Below are positions 28,078 to 36,834 of a stretch of DNA of 52,901 bases, in pieces. The stretch's first letter is position 1. The number at the start of each line of letters is the position of its first letter. The DNA is from Collinsella sp. (GTDB taxonomy: Bacteria; Actinomycetota; Coriobacteriia; Coriobacteriales; Coriobacteriaceae), in contig JAIHTM010000001.1 in the NCBI GenBank assembly GCA_022713905.1, forward strand, positions 1-52,901, written 5' to 3'. The notes beneath the pieces were generated by a model that saw nothing but the letters and a program-made list of their open reading frames with translations, was not told where the DNA came from and made no database searches. Made by a program: the position numbers and the translations under genes.

Positions 28078-29541
28078 ATGTCCGTCGATGATGGTGGTCA
28101 GGGGGCCGGCGTGGTGCCGTCGGCGTCGTTCAGCCGGCTGAGCGCCACGAACGTGGTGTTCGGCCGCACGTGGGCGCAGCTGGCGGTGGGCGTGGCCGGG
28201 CTCGCGATCATGGTCGCCGCGTTCGTGGCGGGCATGAACCTGCCGCTCGCGGCGCTGGGGGTCGCGGTCATGGCGTTCGGCCTGGCCCGATGGCAGGGGC
28301 TGAGCGCGATGGCGTGGGCGTGGATCTGGCTGCGCTGGCGCAGTCGATGCCGCGAGGGGACGAACCGGTGGGCGTATTCGAGCGCGCTTGCCGAGGGCCG
28401 CCCCCTGGGGGTGCTCGGCCTGTGGCCGGGTGTGGAGGACCGTCTGGGCGTGGTCGAGGGCGACGGGGTCGAGGCGGTCGGCACCAGGTTCGAGGGCTGT
28501 TGCTACCTGTGGGACGCCGCGCGCCGTCAGGCGACGGCGGTACTCACGGCCTCGGTCCGCGAGTGGACGCTCGCCGCCGACCGGGACAAGGCGGACCGGG
28601 CGGCCGGCCTGTGCGAGCTGCTGGCCGACCTGGCCGAGACCCCCGGTTTCAACGAACTCAAATGCAGCGCCATGGTGCTGCCCCAGCGGGCACCCGTTCC
28701 CCCCGCCTACGCGGACGGCGACGGCGTGCCGGACTGGGTGAGGAAGGATATCGCCGAGCTGTGGAGGCTGCCGGCTGTGCTCACGCCGATGGGAGACGAG
28801 ACGTATGTGAGCGTGAGCGTGGACGCGGACCGTCTGGGCGTTCGCCGGTCGCGCGGAGAGCGTGCCGATGTGGGCGACGCGCTGGGCGGGCTGGTGCGGT
28901 CGCTGATCGCTCCGGGCCTGGCGGCGTGCGGGTGCCGTCCCGGCACGATCCGCTGGTGCGGGGTCGACGACCTGCGCGACGTGGTGGCGCGGGTCGCGGA
29001 CCCGGCCCATGCGCACGCGCGGCCCCGTGTGGGGCGGGACGAGCCTACCGTGACGTACATGAGCGAGGAGGCGGACATGGTGACGTTGGAGTCGTGCGTG
29101 GCGAGGTCGTTCCTGGTGATCCAGTGGCCTGACAGGCCGGTGCCGGCCGGTTGGACGCGCACGCTGCTGTCCGACCGGGAGTCGCGCATGATGGGCGTGT
29201 GCCATGTGTGGCGGCCGATGACGATGGCGAAGAGCGAGCACGACCTCGCGAACCGCGAGGCGAGCATCGAGCAGAGGGCACGCGCGTCCGACCTGCGGCG
29301 GCGCAGCCGCGACGAACGGCGCGAAGAGGACGAGCAGCGCCAGCGCGCCCGCGAGCAGGAGGCGAACTGGCCGGACACCGACCACCAGGGGTATGTGACC
29401 TTGTTCGCCCCGGACAGGGAGTCCCTGGACCGTTTCGACGCGGACTTCCGCGCGAAGGCACGCGCGTGGCACCTCAGGTTCGCGAATCTGCGCGGCCAGC
29501 AGCTCGCCGCGCTGCAGACGATCCTGCCTCTGGGGGCGTGA
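28078..29541 (+). CDS. SCO6880/PrgI-like actinobacterial conjugation membrane protein
   Basis: N-terminal TM pair, later IQWP motif, coiled coil and GQQLAALQTILPLG C-terminus; GGAGG RBS. Confidence 0.7.
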   Translation: MSVDDGGQGAGVVPSASFSRLSATNVVFGRTWAQLAVGVAGLAIMVAAFVAGMNLPLAALGVAVMAFGLARWQGLSAMAWAWIWLRWRSRCREGTNRWAYSSALAEGRPLGVLGLWPGVEDRLGVVEGDGVEAVGTRFEGCCYLWDAARRQATAVLTASVREWTLAADRDKADRAAGLCELLADLAETPGFNELKCSAMVLPQRAPVPPAYADGDGVPDWVRKDIAELWRLPAVLTPMGDETYVSVSVDADRLGVRRSRGERADVGDALGGLVRSLIAPGLAACGCRPGTIRWCGVDDLRDVVARVADPAHAHARPRVGRDEPTVTYMSEEADMVTLESCVARSFLVIQWPDRPVPAGWTRTLLSDRESRMMGVCHVWRPMTMAKSEHDLANREASIEQRARASDLRRRSRDERREEDEQRQRAREQEANWPDTDHQGYVTLFAPDRESLDRFDADFRAKARAWHLRFANLRGQQLAALQTILPLGA

Positions 29542-30380
29542 CCGTGCGGCGCGGCGGCATGGGGCGCGGGCGGTACGACGACGCCCTTGCGGGCCTTCGG
29601 GACGATGGAGGGGAACGGCCGGATGGACGGGTCCGGGGGTTTCTCGGGGCCATGGCGCGGGCGGCGGGCTCCGCGCCGCGCAGGGCCCGGGTCGTGTCGG
29701 CGGCCATGATCGCCGCGCTGCTCGTGTCCGGCGTGGCGGCGGGCGTGTACTCGTCCGCGCGGTCGGCGCGCGACCGAGCCATGGAGGACTGCCGGCAGGC
29801 CGCGGCCAGGCTTGAACGGGCGCGGGGCGAGTACCGCGGGCTCGTCGCGTCGATGCCGGCGGACCGTCCTTCCGGGGCGGGCTCCTCACGCGCCTGGGAC
29901 GCCCTTTCCGCGCTGTCGGGCTCCCGTCTCCCCTCGGGCGTGGACTGTGAAGCCGTTTCGGGCCGTTCCGGCCTCGACGCCGCGGCGGGCGAGGCGGCGT
30001 CCCGCGCCGGCACGGTCGAGGACATGCGCGACAGGGCGCGATCCCTGCTGGATGCCATGGACGCGGAGTACGGGTCCGTCCCCGGCGACGACTTCCCCGA
30101 GACGGTCTCGGGCAAGGACGGGGACGGCACGCCGTCGCCGGCCCGGGCGGCGTCCATGGTGTCGCTGGCCGCGGCGCTGGCGCGCGCTCGTGCCGTGCTG
30201 GCCGCCGGGGACGGCGAGCACGGGGTCTGGGCCGCCGGGCGTCTGGACGAGCTGGTCGGGGACGCGGCCGCGATGATGGAGGACCCGTCGTCCGGCGCCG
30301 TGGGCATGTCGGTCCTGGCGCGGGACATCACGTCCCTCGCGGCCACCGTCGCGGCGTCGCGCGACGCGGGACTGGGCTGA
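29538..30380 (+). CDS. Hypothetical membrane-anchored helical protein
   Basis: GTGA overlap with upstream stop; one TM, a Cys pair, Ala-rich helices; resembles the next gene in layout. Confidence 0.6.
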   Translation: MTVRRGGMGRGRYDDALAGLRDDGGERPDGRVRGFLGAMARAAGSAPRRARVVSAAMIAALLVSGVAAGVYSSARSARDRAMEDCRQAAARLERARGEYRGLVASMPADRPSGAGSSRAWDALSALSGSRLPSGVDCEAVSGRSGLDAAAGEAASRAGTVEDMRDRARSLLDAMDAEYGSVPGDDFPETVSGKDGDGTPSPARAASMVSLAAALARARAVLAAGDGEHGVWAAGRLDELVGDAAAMMEDPSSGAVGMSVLARDITSLAATVAASRDAGLG

Positions 30381-30526
30381 CACGGCACCACCGCATGCGC
30401 CCGGTATCGGGGGTGTCCGGGGTGGATGGGTGCCGGCCGTGCCGGTTGGCGGCCCATGATTGAATTGATTGCAGGAACACCCCCGTGCATGGGCGCAATG
30501 GGGGCATCGAGGGATGGAGGATCGTG

Positions 30527-31708
30527 ATGGACGAGGAACGCAGCGAACTGGAGGACCTGACCGCGGGCTACATCGCGCGAGGCGAGGCCGAGGGCCTGGC
30601 GAGCGACGCGCAGGGCATCGCGGACCGTGCATGGGACGAGGGCGCACACGACGGCATGGGCGACGTGGCGACGCCCGACCTGCCGCCCCGCCCCACGGAT
30701 CCGGAGGCCGTGGGTGGCCCGTTTGGGGAAGGCAAGGCCGCAGGCTCCTCCCCCGTTTCTCGCGGTCGCCGCCGCCTGATGCCCGTGATCGTGGCCGTGA
30801 TCGTGGCCGTCCTGGCGGTCGGCACGGCAGCGGGCGTGATGGCGTGGCGCGGGAACGTGGCCGCGAAGGCGCTGTCCGACGCGCGGTCCCGTTGCGTGGA
30901 TTCGCTGGCGAAGGCCGGCACGGCCCGTGACGCGTACATGCAGGCGGTCGCGGCCGCGTCCGACATGAAAACGGTGAAGTCGGATCAGGTCGCCGATCCG
31001 AAGGTCGTGGCCGCTCTGGCATCCGAACTGGACGCCAAGACCCCGAAGACGCCCGCGTGCACCGCGGGCGACGCGGACGGCCTGGGCACCACGGCGGACG
31101 AGCTCGACGCGCAGGCGAGATGGTACGCGACCCACGAGGCGAATGTGAAGACCGCTTCCGAGAACGTGGGCAGATCCAGGGACGAGAAGACCTTGGGCGA
31201 CGCCCGCAAGGCCCTCGCGGACAAGGAGTCCGCCGCCCGCAAGCTGCTCAAGGACTCGGACGGCAAGACCGGCGACGATGTCGCCCGCGCGAAGCTCACC
31301 CAGGCGATCAACACGGCCGTCGAGGCAGGCAAGGGCACGGACGTCAGGAAGATGGACGACGCCAGGAGCGCTCTGGACAAGGCCATGAAGTCCGTGAACG
31401 ACGCGGTCGGCGCGAAGAGGAAGGCGGACGCCGCGGCCGCGGAGGCGGCCAAGCGGGCCCGCTCCTCGGCCTCGAACAATTACGGGGGCACATCGAACCA
31501 TGGCAACGGCACCACGGGCAACGGCGGGTACCGCTACTCCGGCGGCACCTCATCCAAGAGGAACACCGGCAACAGCATCCCATCCGGTTCGGGCGGTTCG
31601 GGCGACACGCCGCAAAGCAAGGGATGGGGATGCGGAGACAACTGCAGTACGGCCCCAAGCGATGGCCATGGATGTAATCCGGTAACTGGCGCTTGTGGCA
31701 TCGGCTAA
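30527..31708 (+). CDS. Membrane-anchored coiled-coil surface protein with Gly/Ser linker and Cys-rich tip
   Basis: GGAGG RBS; TM (VIVAVIVAVLAVG), Ala/Lys-rich helices, terminal CGDNC...GCNPVTGAC. Confidence 0.8.
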   Translation: MDEERSELEDLTAGYIARGEAEGLASDAQGIADRAWDEGAHDGMGDVATPDLPPRPTDPEAVGGPFGEGKAAGSSPVSRGRRRLMPVIVAVIVAVLAVGTAAGVMAWRGNVAAKALSDARSRCVDSLAKAGTARDAYMQAVAAASDMKTVKSDQVADPKVVAALASELDAKTPKTPACTAGDADGLGTTADELDAQARWYATHEANVKTASENVGRSRDEKTLGDARKALADKESAARKLLKDSDGKTGDDVARAKLTQAINTAVEAGKGTDVRKMDDARSALDKAMKSVNDAVGAKRKADAAAAEAAKRARSSASNNYGGTSNHGNGTTGNGGYRYSGGTSSKRNTGNSIPSGSGGSGDTPQSKGWGCGDNCSTAPSDGHGCNPVTGACGIG

Positions 31709-31729
31709 TCTCCGATACCTTCCTTGTTC

Positions 31730-31757
31730 CGGGGTCCTCTCCTTCGAGGGGACCCCG
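31730..31757. terminator. Hairpin between the surface protein and adhesin genes
   Basis: CGGGGTCCTCTC-CTTC-GAGGGGACCCCG stem-loop followed by AT-rich CATATATATAA. Confidence 0.6.
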
Positions 31758-31955
31758 ACGCATATATATAAGGACTCTCACATTCGGATCGCCGTTATCG
31801 GCGCGATCCTTCCTTCCTCCGCGTGATGGCGATGGAACCGTCGACGGACGCCCCGGCTTCACGCATGGCCGTGATGCCGGGCAAGGACGCCGGCCGTTCC
31901 TCCCCGCGGGCGCGAACGCCTGCGGTGTGACGCATTGATGGAAGGAAGGGACCCT

Positions 31956-34900
31956 ATGGGTTTCAACATGGATTGGCTGAAAAAGGGCCGGCATGAGGAT
32001 GCAGCATCCACGCGCAGGCGCGGGCGCAGGCTGTTCTCGCGCACGACCGCGTTGCTGACCGCGGGTGCGATGCTCGCGGGCGGCGGCGTGCTCGCGTTCG
32101 CGGGCGGCGGTTCGGGTTCGGCCGGTGGCGGCGGCGGTGACGGCGGCAGCTTCTGGCAGGGTTGGGCCTATAAGGACAACAACGACGGCGGTTGGGGCAC
32201 GGACCTGGCGGCCGTGCAGAGGGCCGTCAAGTCCACGGGTGTTGCGTGGGATTCGTCGGGTCCGGCGAACACGTATGCGACCCAGGCGCTGAACGAGGCG
32301 AAGACGGAGTGTTCGACCCGTTTCGACCAGGCGCACCCGGATCAGAGGGGCAGGGCGAACTGCCGTGTCGTCGGCGTCGGTTTCGTGGCCTACAAGGCGT
32401 CGAACGGCAAATGGACCTACCAGGGCGTCGCCACCGCGTCGCGCTCGTACTGGAACGACAACTGGTACAACAAGATCGCCACCGGAACATATCAGAATAA
32501 CAACAATCAATATAAAACTTCCGATACCTTCAAGGACGAGCCGGGCATGACTGTCAACAAGCTCGCGGAGAAGGTGTTCGGTGACGCGGGCAGGATCTCC
32601 ATCAGCGTGATCGTCCTGAACCAGTACGAGCCGGGCGGCGTGCCGTCCTACAAGCTGGGCGTGACCACGAAAGCCGCGTCGAACGGCGCGAGCGTCGGCT
32701 CCAACACCGCCGTGCACGATGTCATCACCACGACCGGCGGGAAGAACGACACGAACGTCACGGCCAACGTGAGCCTGCACTACGACAGCCACCCGGCAGG
32801 ACTCTACAAGGCCGCGAAAGCCACGCAAAGCGTGACCGTGTCGACCGCCGGGTCGACGAACAGCCCCACGTTCACGCCCGCCAACTTCGGCATGAAAGAA
32901 GGCTGGGCCGAGGGCACGTACTGGTTCGACGTGCAGGTCGCCAAGCAGGGCAACATGAGCGCGGCCGTGGACACGCCCGACCGTGAGGCGTCGGAGACGT
33001 TCACGCTCAAGGCCATACCGCCCGACAAGCCCCATAAGACGATCACGCCGGGCACGAGCGCGGACGGCATGACCAACCGCACCACCATCCGGTTCGACAC
33101 GGGCACGGGCGGCTACAGGGCCACGATCCGCGACGTGATCGACCCGCAGGGCATCACCTACACGGTCTCCAATTTCAAGCTCATCGACACATCCGACAAC
33201 AACAAGGACGTGAGCGCGCAGTGGACCATCGGCTTCGACAAGACGGCGAACACGGTGAGCGCCGTCTGGAAGGGCAGGTTCATGCCCAACAAGCACACGC
33301 TGGAGTTCAGCTTCGACGTGACCGTCTCCAAGCCCAAAGGCGATCCGGTCAAAGACAAGGCCGACTACGCGTGGAACCAAAACCCAGCCGTGGACACCGA
33401 ATCGCGCGAGTTCCCCACGTTCAAGCCGAACCCGGACAAGAGCTGGATCCTCTACCAGGACGGCAAGTGGGCCGCGGTCATCGACCCGGACGAGTCGAAC
33501 AAGACGGGCGCCGACGACCACGTGTTCCTCGACGGCGACAAGGTAGGCTCCGTGGTCAACGGCACCATCGGCGCCAACCTCGCCCAGACGCCCACCACGC
33601 TCACCCTCACGGACGACTGGTCGAAGGCCGCCTACATCTTCAAGGCGGACGACGTGAAAGCCATGCGCGTGTACGAGGCGGACGCGACGACCGACAAGCA
33701 GTCGTCCGTCACGGACATCGTGAACACAGGCAAGGACGTGACCGCCCAGTGGACGATCACCGTCAACGGGTCGAAGGCCACCGCCACCGCGAACAGCGAG
33801 TACCTGGCCGGCCTCAAAGGCCTGAAAGCCCCCAAGCAGGTCACACTGCTCATCCCCGGCACGATCAGCTTCGCGTCCGGCAAGGGCGCAAGCCAGGTGC
33901 GCAAGGACTTCGGCAAGAAGCCCGGCGACGAGCTGACGTTCTGCACCGCGCCCCGCGACACGGCCGGCGCGAACGGCGCAAGCCTGACGAACAGCGGCTC
34001 GCAGACCTTGAACGGGGCCGTCGAGCAGACCAACGAGCCGAAGATCTGCGGCTACGTGCCGCCCGTCGTCAAGGACGTGATCGGCGAAGGGTCCGAGGGC
34101 GGCGACCAGGCGAGCGTGGACGGCAAGGTCGTCTACCCCGGCCAGAAGGTCGAATACCAGCTGACCACCCAGCCCAACCTGCCCGCAGGCCTCGCATACC
34201 AGGTCGGCAAGGTCGTGTTCACCGACACGTACGACCAGTACCTGACCCCCGACAAGCAGACCGTCGAGATGATGGACCTGGCGAGCGGCAAGGTGGTCCC
34301 GAAGACCAAGTACGACACCAAGTGGGACGAGGCCAAGCACCTGTTCCAGCTGACCGTCACCGACCAGGCGCTGCTCGAAGAATGGAAGGCGGGCGCCAAC
34401 CCGCGCGTCCAGATCCGCTTCGAGGGCACCGTGGCGAAGGACGCGCCCGGCGACCACAAGGTCAACAACCAGTGGATGCTCACCCTGAACAACAGCCTCA
34501 CCCCCTCGAACGAGGTGTTCAACCTGCCGCCCAACTTCCAGCCGTCCAAGGCCGACAACCAGTCGAAGGAGCAGGGCGACCCGACGATCAGCATCGACGG
34601 CAAGACCCTCATGCTCGGCGACACCGGCCAGTACGTCGTCACCCTCGACGCCAGGCAGAAAGACCAGGCCTACAAGGTGTGGAGGCTCGGCATCACCGAC
34701 GACTACGACGACAAGTACGTGGACGTCGACCCCGCGAAGATCGAGGTGCTGGGCGCCGACGGCAAGGACTACTCGAAGGCGTTCAACATCCAGGTCAAGG
34801 ATGGTGTCGCCTACGTGTACGCCAGGACCGTGGACACGAAGGCGCCCGCGACCGGCGAGACCGTCAAGGGCGACCCGCAGCCCGAGGACCTGAAGGCCTA

Positions 34901-36263
34901 CGCGGCGAACACCGCGCATGACGCGCTCAAGGACCCGGCCATCGACCAGACGCTGCTCGGCCAGACCTACCAGGTGATCCTGCCCTACAAGGTCATCAAG
35001 GTCACTGACGGGTACGTGGTCAAGAACGTCGCGACCCAGCTGGTCAACCAGGTGTCCAAGACCACCAACCAGGTGTCCAACCCGTTGAAGCCCATCAACC
35101 CGGTCAAGGATGTGGTCGTCAAGGTGAACGGCGCAAGCGCGAACGGCAAGAGCATCTACAAGGACTCCACGTTCCTGTACCGGCTCGACAGCTCGGTCAT
35201 CCCCGCGAACCGCGCCTACCAGACGGTCAAGAACTGGTCGATCAGCGACCAGCTCGACCCCGCCTACGACAAGCTCACCGGACAGTGGGCCGTGTACGCG
35301 GCCCGCGACCTGTACCAGGACGGCAAGGTCATCGCCAGGAAGGGCGAACGCATCGCCGGCAGCGACTTCGACTCCTCGAAGCTGGGCGGCGACCTGTTCG
35401 CCGCCCGGCTTGACCCGGCGACCGGCGCCACCGAGATCCGTGCGACCGACGCGTACCTGAAGCTGGTCTCCGCGGACGAGGCGCACGAGCAGGCGTGGAC
35501 CGCCTACGTGCAGGTCGTGCGCGTCAAGGTCACCGACCGGCACGAGAACGTGTTCACCGAGCATTGTAACGGCCACGACCAGCGGTCGAACATCGTGTGG
35601 ACCCGCACCCCCGACCTCACCCCGAGCCTCAAGATCGAGAAGTGGGACGAGAAGAGCGGGTTCCCCAAGGGCGACCGCGACGACATCAAGGACGCGCTCG
35701 ACAATGCGAAGGACGGCACGGTCATCGTGTTCACCATCACGAACACCAGCAAGGACGACAACGGGCACGGCGCCTGGTTCAAGGCCAGCGACCTGAAGCT
35801 CCACGACCGTCTGACCGCGGGCACCGGCACCGTCACCGACCTGAAGTACCCCGACAACTGGGATACGCTCGTGTTGAAGCCCGGTCAGAGCGTCAACGTG
35901 AAGGGCACGCTCAAGGACATGACCGGCACCACGCACTCGGACCGTGCTTCCGTGACCGGCACGCCGCTGATCGAATGCCCTGTCCAGGACGGACACCCGT
36001 TCGACCCGGACACGGACGCGACCGGCGAGATCCCCGCGGGATTGAAGCAGGTGAGTGTGGATGGCGTGACCCGCTGCGCGAGCGGCACGGTCGAGTCGAA
36101 CACGGACGACTGGCACGGCAAGCGCCAGCCCCTGTCCACCACGGGCGCCGCGATGCTCGGCATCATCGGCGTCATGACCGCCCTCGTGGCGGCCGGCGGC
36201 ATCACCCTGATCGTGCGCCGCCGGGTGGGGATGCTCCCGGAGGGCGCGTCCCGGGGCGCGTAA
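31956..36263 (+). CDS. Sortase-anchored adhesin, antigen I/II (SspB)-like isopeptide domains
   Basis: Signal peptide, repeated beta-rich domains (PDKSW, VVKDV, PSKAD, PVKDV; ITDDYD, ISDQLD), LSTTG sorting motif + TM + RRR tail. Confidence 0.85.
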   Translation: MGFNMDWLKKGRHEDAASTRRRGRRLFSRTTALLTAGAMLAGGGVLAFAGGGSGSAGGGGGDGGSFWQGWAYKDNNDGGWGTDLAAVQRAVKSTGVAWDSSGPANTYATQALNEAKTECSTRFDQAHPDQRGRANCRVVGVGFVAYKASNGKWTYQGVATASRSYWNDNWYNKIATGTYQNNNNQYKTSDTFKDEPGMTVNKLAEKVFGDAGRISISVIVLNQYEPGGVPSYKLGVTTKAASNGASVGSNTAVHDVITTTGGKNDTNVTANVSLHYDSHPAGLYKAAKATQSVTVSTAGSTNSPTFTPANFGMKEGWAEGTYWFDVQVAKQGNMSAAVDTPDREASETFTLKAIPPDKPHKTITPGTSADGMTNRTTIRFDTGTGGYRATIRDVIDPQGITYTVSNFKLIDTSDNNKDVSAQWTIGFDKTANTVSAVWKGRFMPNKHTLEFSFDVTVSKPKGDPVKDKADYAWNQNPAVDTESREFPTFKPNPDKSWILYQDGKWAAVIDPDESNKTGADDHVFLDGDKVGSVVNGTIGANLAQTPTTLTLTDDWSKAAYIFKADDVKAMRVYEADATTDKQSSVTDIVNTGKDVTAQWTITVNGSKATATANSEYLAGLKGLKAPKQVTLLIPGTISFASGKGASQVRKDFGKKPGDELTFCTAPRDTAGANGASLTNSGSQTLNGAVEQTNEPKICGYVPPVVKDVIGEGSEGGDQASVDGKVVYPGQKVEYQLTTQPNLPAGLAYQVGKVVFTDTYDQYLTPDKQTVEMMDLASGKVVPKTKYDTKWDEAKHLFQLTVTDQALLEEWKAGANPRVQIRFEGTVAKDAPGDHKVNNQWMLTLNNSLTPSNEVFNLPPNFQPSKADNQSKEQGDPTISIDGKTLMLGDTGQYVVTLDARQKDQAYKVWRLGITDDYDDKYVDVDPAKIEVLGADGKDYSKAFNIQVKDGVAYVYARTVDTKAPATGETVKGDPQPEDLKAYAANTAHDALKDPAIDQTLLGQTYQVILPYKVIKVTDGYVVKNVATQLVNQVSKTTNQVSNPLKPINPVKDVVVKVNGASANGKSIYKDSTFLYRLDSSVIPANRAYQTVKNWSISDQLDPAYDKLTGQWAVYAARDLYQDGKVIARKGERIAGSDFDSSKLGGDLFAARLDPATGATEIRATDAYLKLVSADEAHEQAWTAYVQVVRVKVTDRHENVFTEHCNGHDQRSNIVWTRTPDLTPSLKIEKWDEKSGFPKGDRDDIKDALDNAKDGTVIVFTITNTSKDDNGHGAWFKASDLKLHDRLTAGTGTVTDLKYPDNWDTLVLKPGQSVNVKGTLKDMTGTTHSDRASVTGTPLIECPVQDGHPFDPDTDATGEIPAGLKQVSVDGVTRCASGTVESNTDDWHGKRQPLSTTGAAMLGIIGVMTALVAAGGITLIVRRRVGMLPEGASRGA

Positions 36264-36597
36264 GCGTCCCCTGTCTCTTCCGGCCGGGGCGGGTGGCTTG
36301 GTCCCTTCTTCCTGCCCGTCCCGTCCGGATCCCCTGATGTTCCCGATGGTCCGGGGTCGCCCGCCACGGTGGCGGTCCGCCTTGGACGGCGATTGGAGGT
36401 GATGCCTTGCGGGGCGGCGCCGGATGGCGTGTGCGTGGCCCCGTGATTCCTTATTCCCTGTACTTCTCTTCTCCTCTGGGCCGTGCGACGTCGCGCGGCC
36501 CTTTTTCGTGCGCGGCGCCCGGTATCGGAGGGTGGTCGGGTGGATGGTCGGGACCTGCATCCGGCGGGCCCCGCAGACATGCAAAAAGGAGAGGGTC

Positions 36598-36834
36598 ATG
36601 CTCACGCTGATTGTTTTGCTCGCTCTCGCGGCCTGCGCCGCGACGCTCGTGTTCCAGGGGCTCGCCTACCTGGCAGCCAGGCCGGGGTCCATGTATTTCG
36701 GCCGGTCGCTGTCGCGGCGGGTCTCGTCGATGCCGCGGGGCGCCAGGAGGCGGGCGGGCATGACCCGTCTCCTGCTCGCGATCGTCCCGTTCGCTCTCAT
36801 GGTGCTGGTCGCGGCGGCGACCGTGGCGCGATGA
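36598..36834 (+). CDS. Small two-TM protein upstream of the VirB4-like gene
   Basis: AAGGAGAGG RBS; stop overlaps the next ATG (ATGA). Confidence 0.65.
   Translation: MLTLIVLLALAACAATLVFQGLAYLAARPGSMYFGRSLSRRVSSMPRGARRRAGMTRLLLAIVPFALMVLVAAATVAR

Noticed and set aside
32440..32530. Possible diversity-generating retroelement variable region in the adhesin (AAC/AAT-rich)
   Set aside because: No template repeat or reverse transcriptase seen in the window
31344..36605. 1753-aa minus-strand ORF
   Set aside because: Antisense shadow of the adhesin caused by strong GC3 bias; no motifs or RBS
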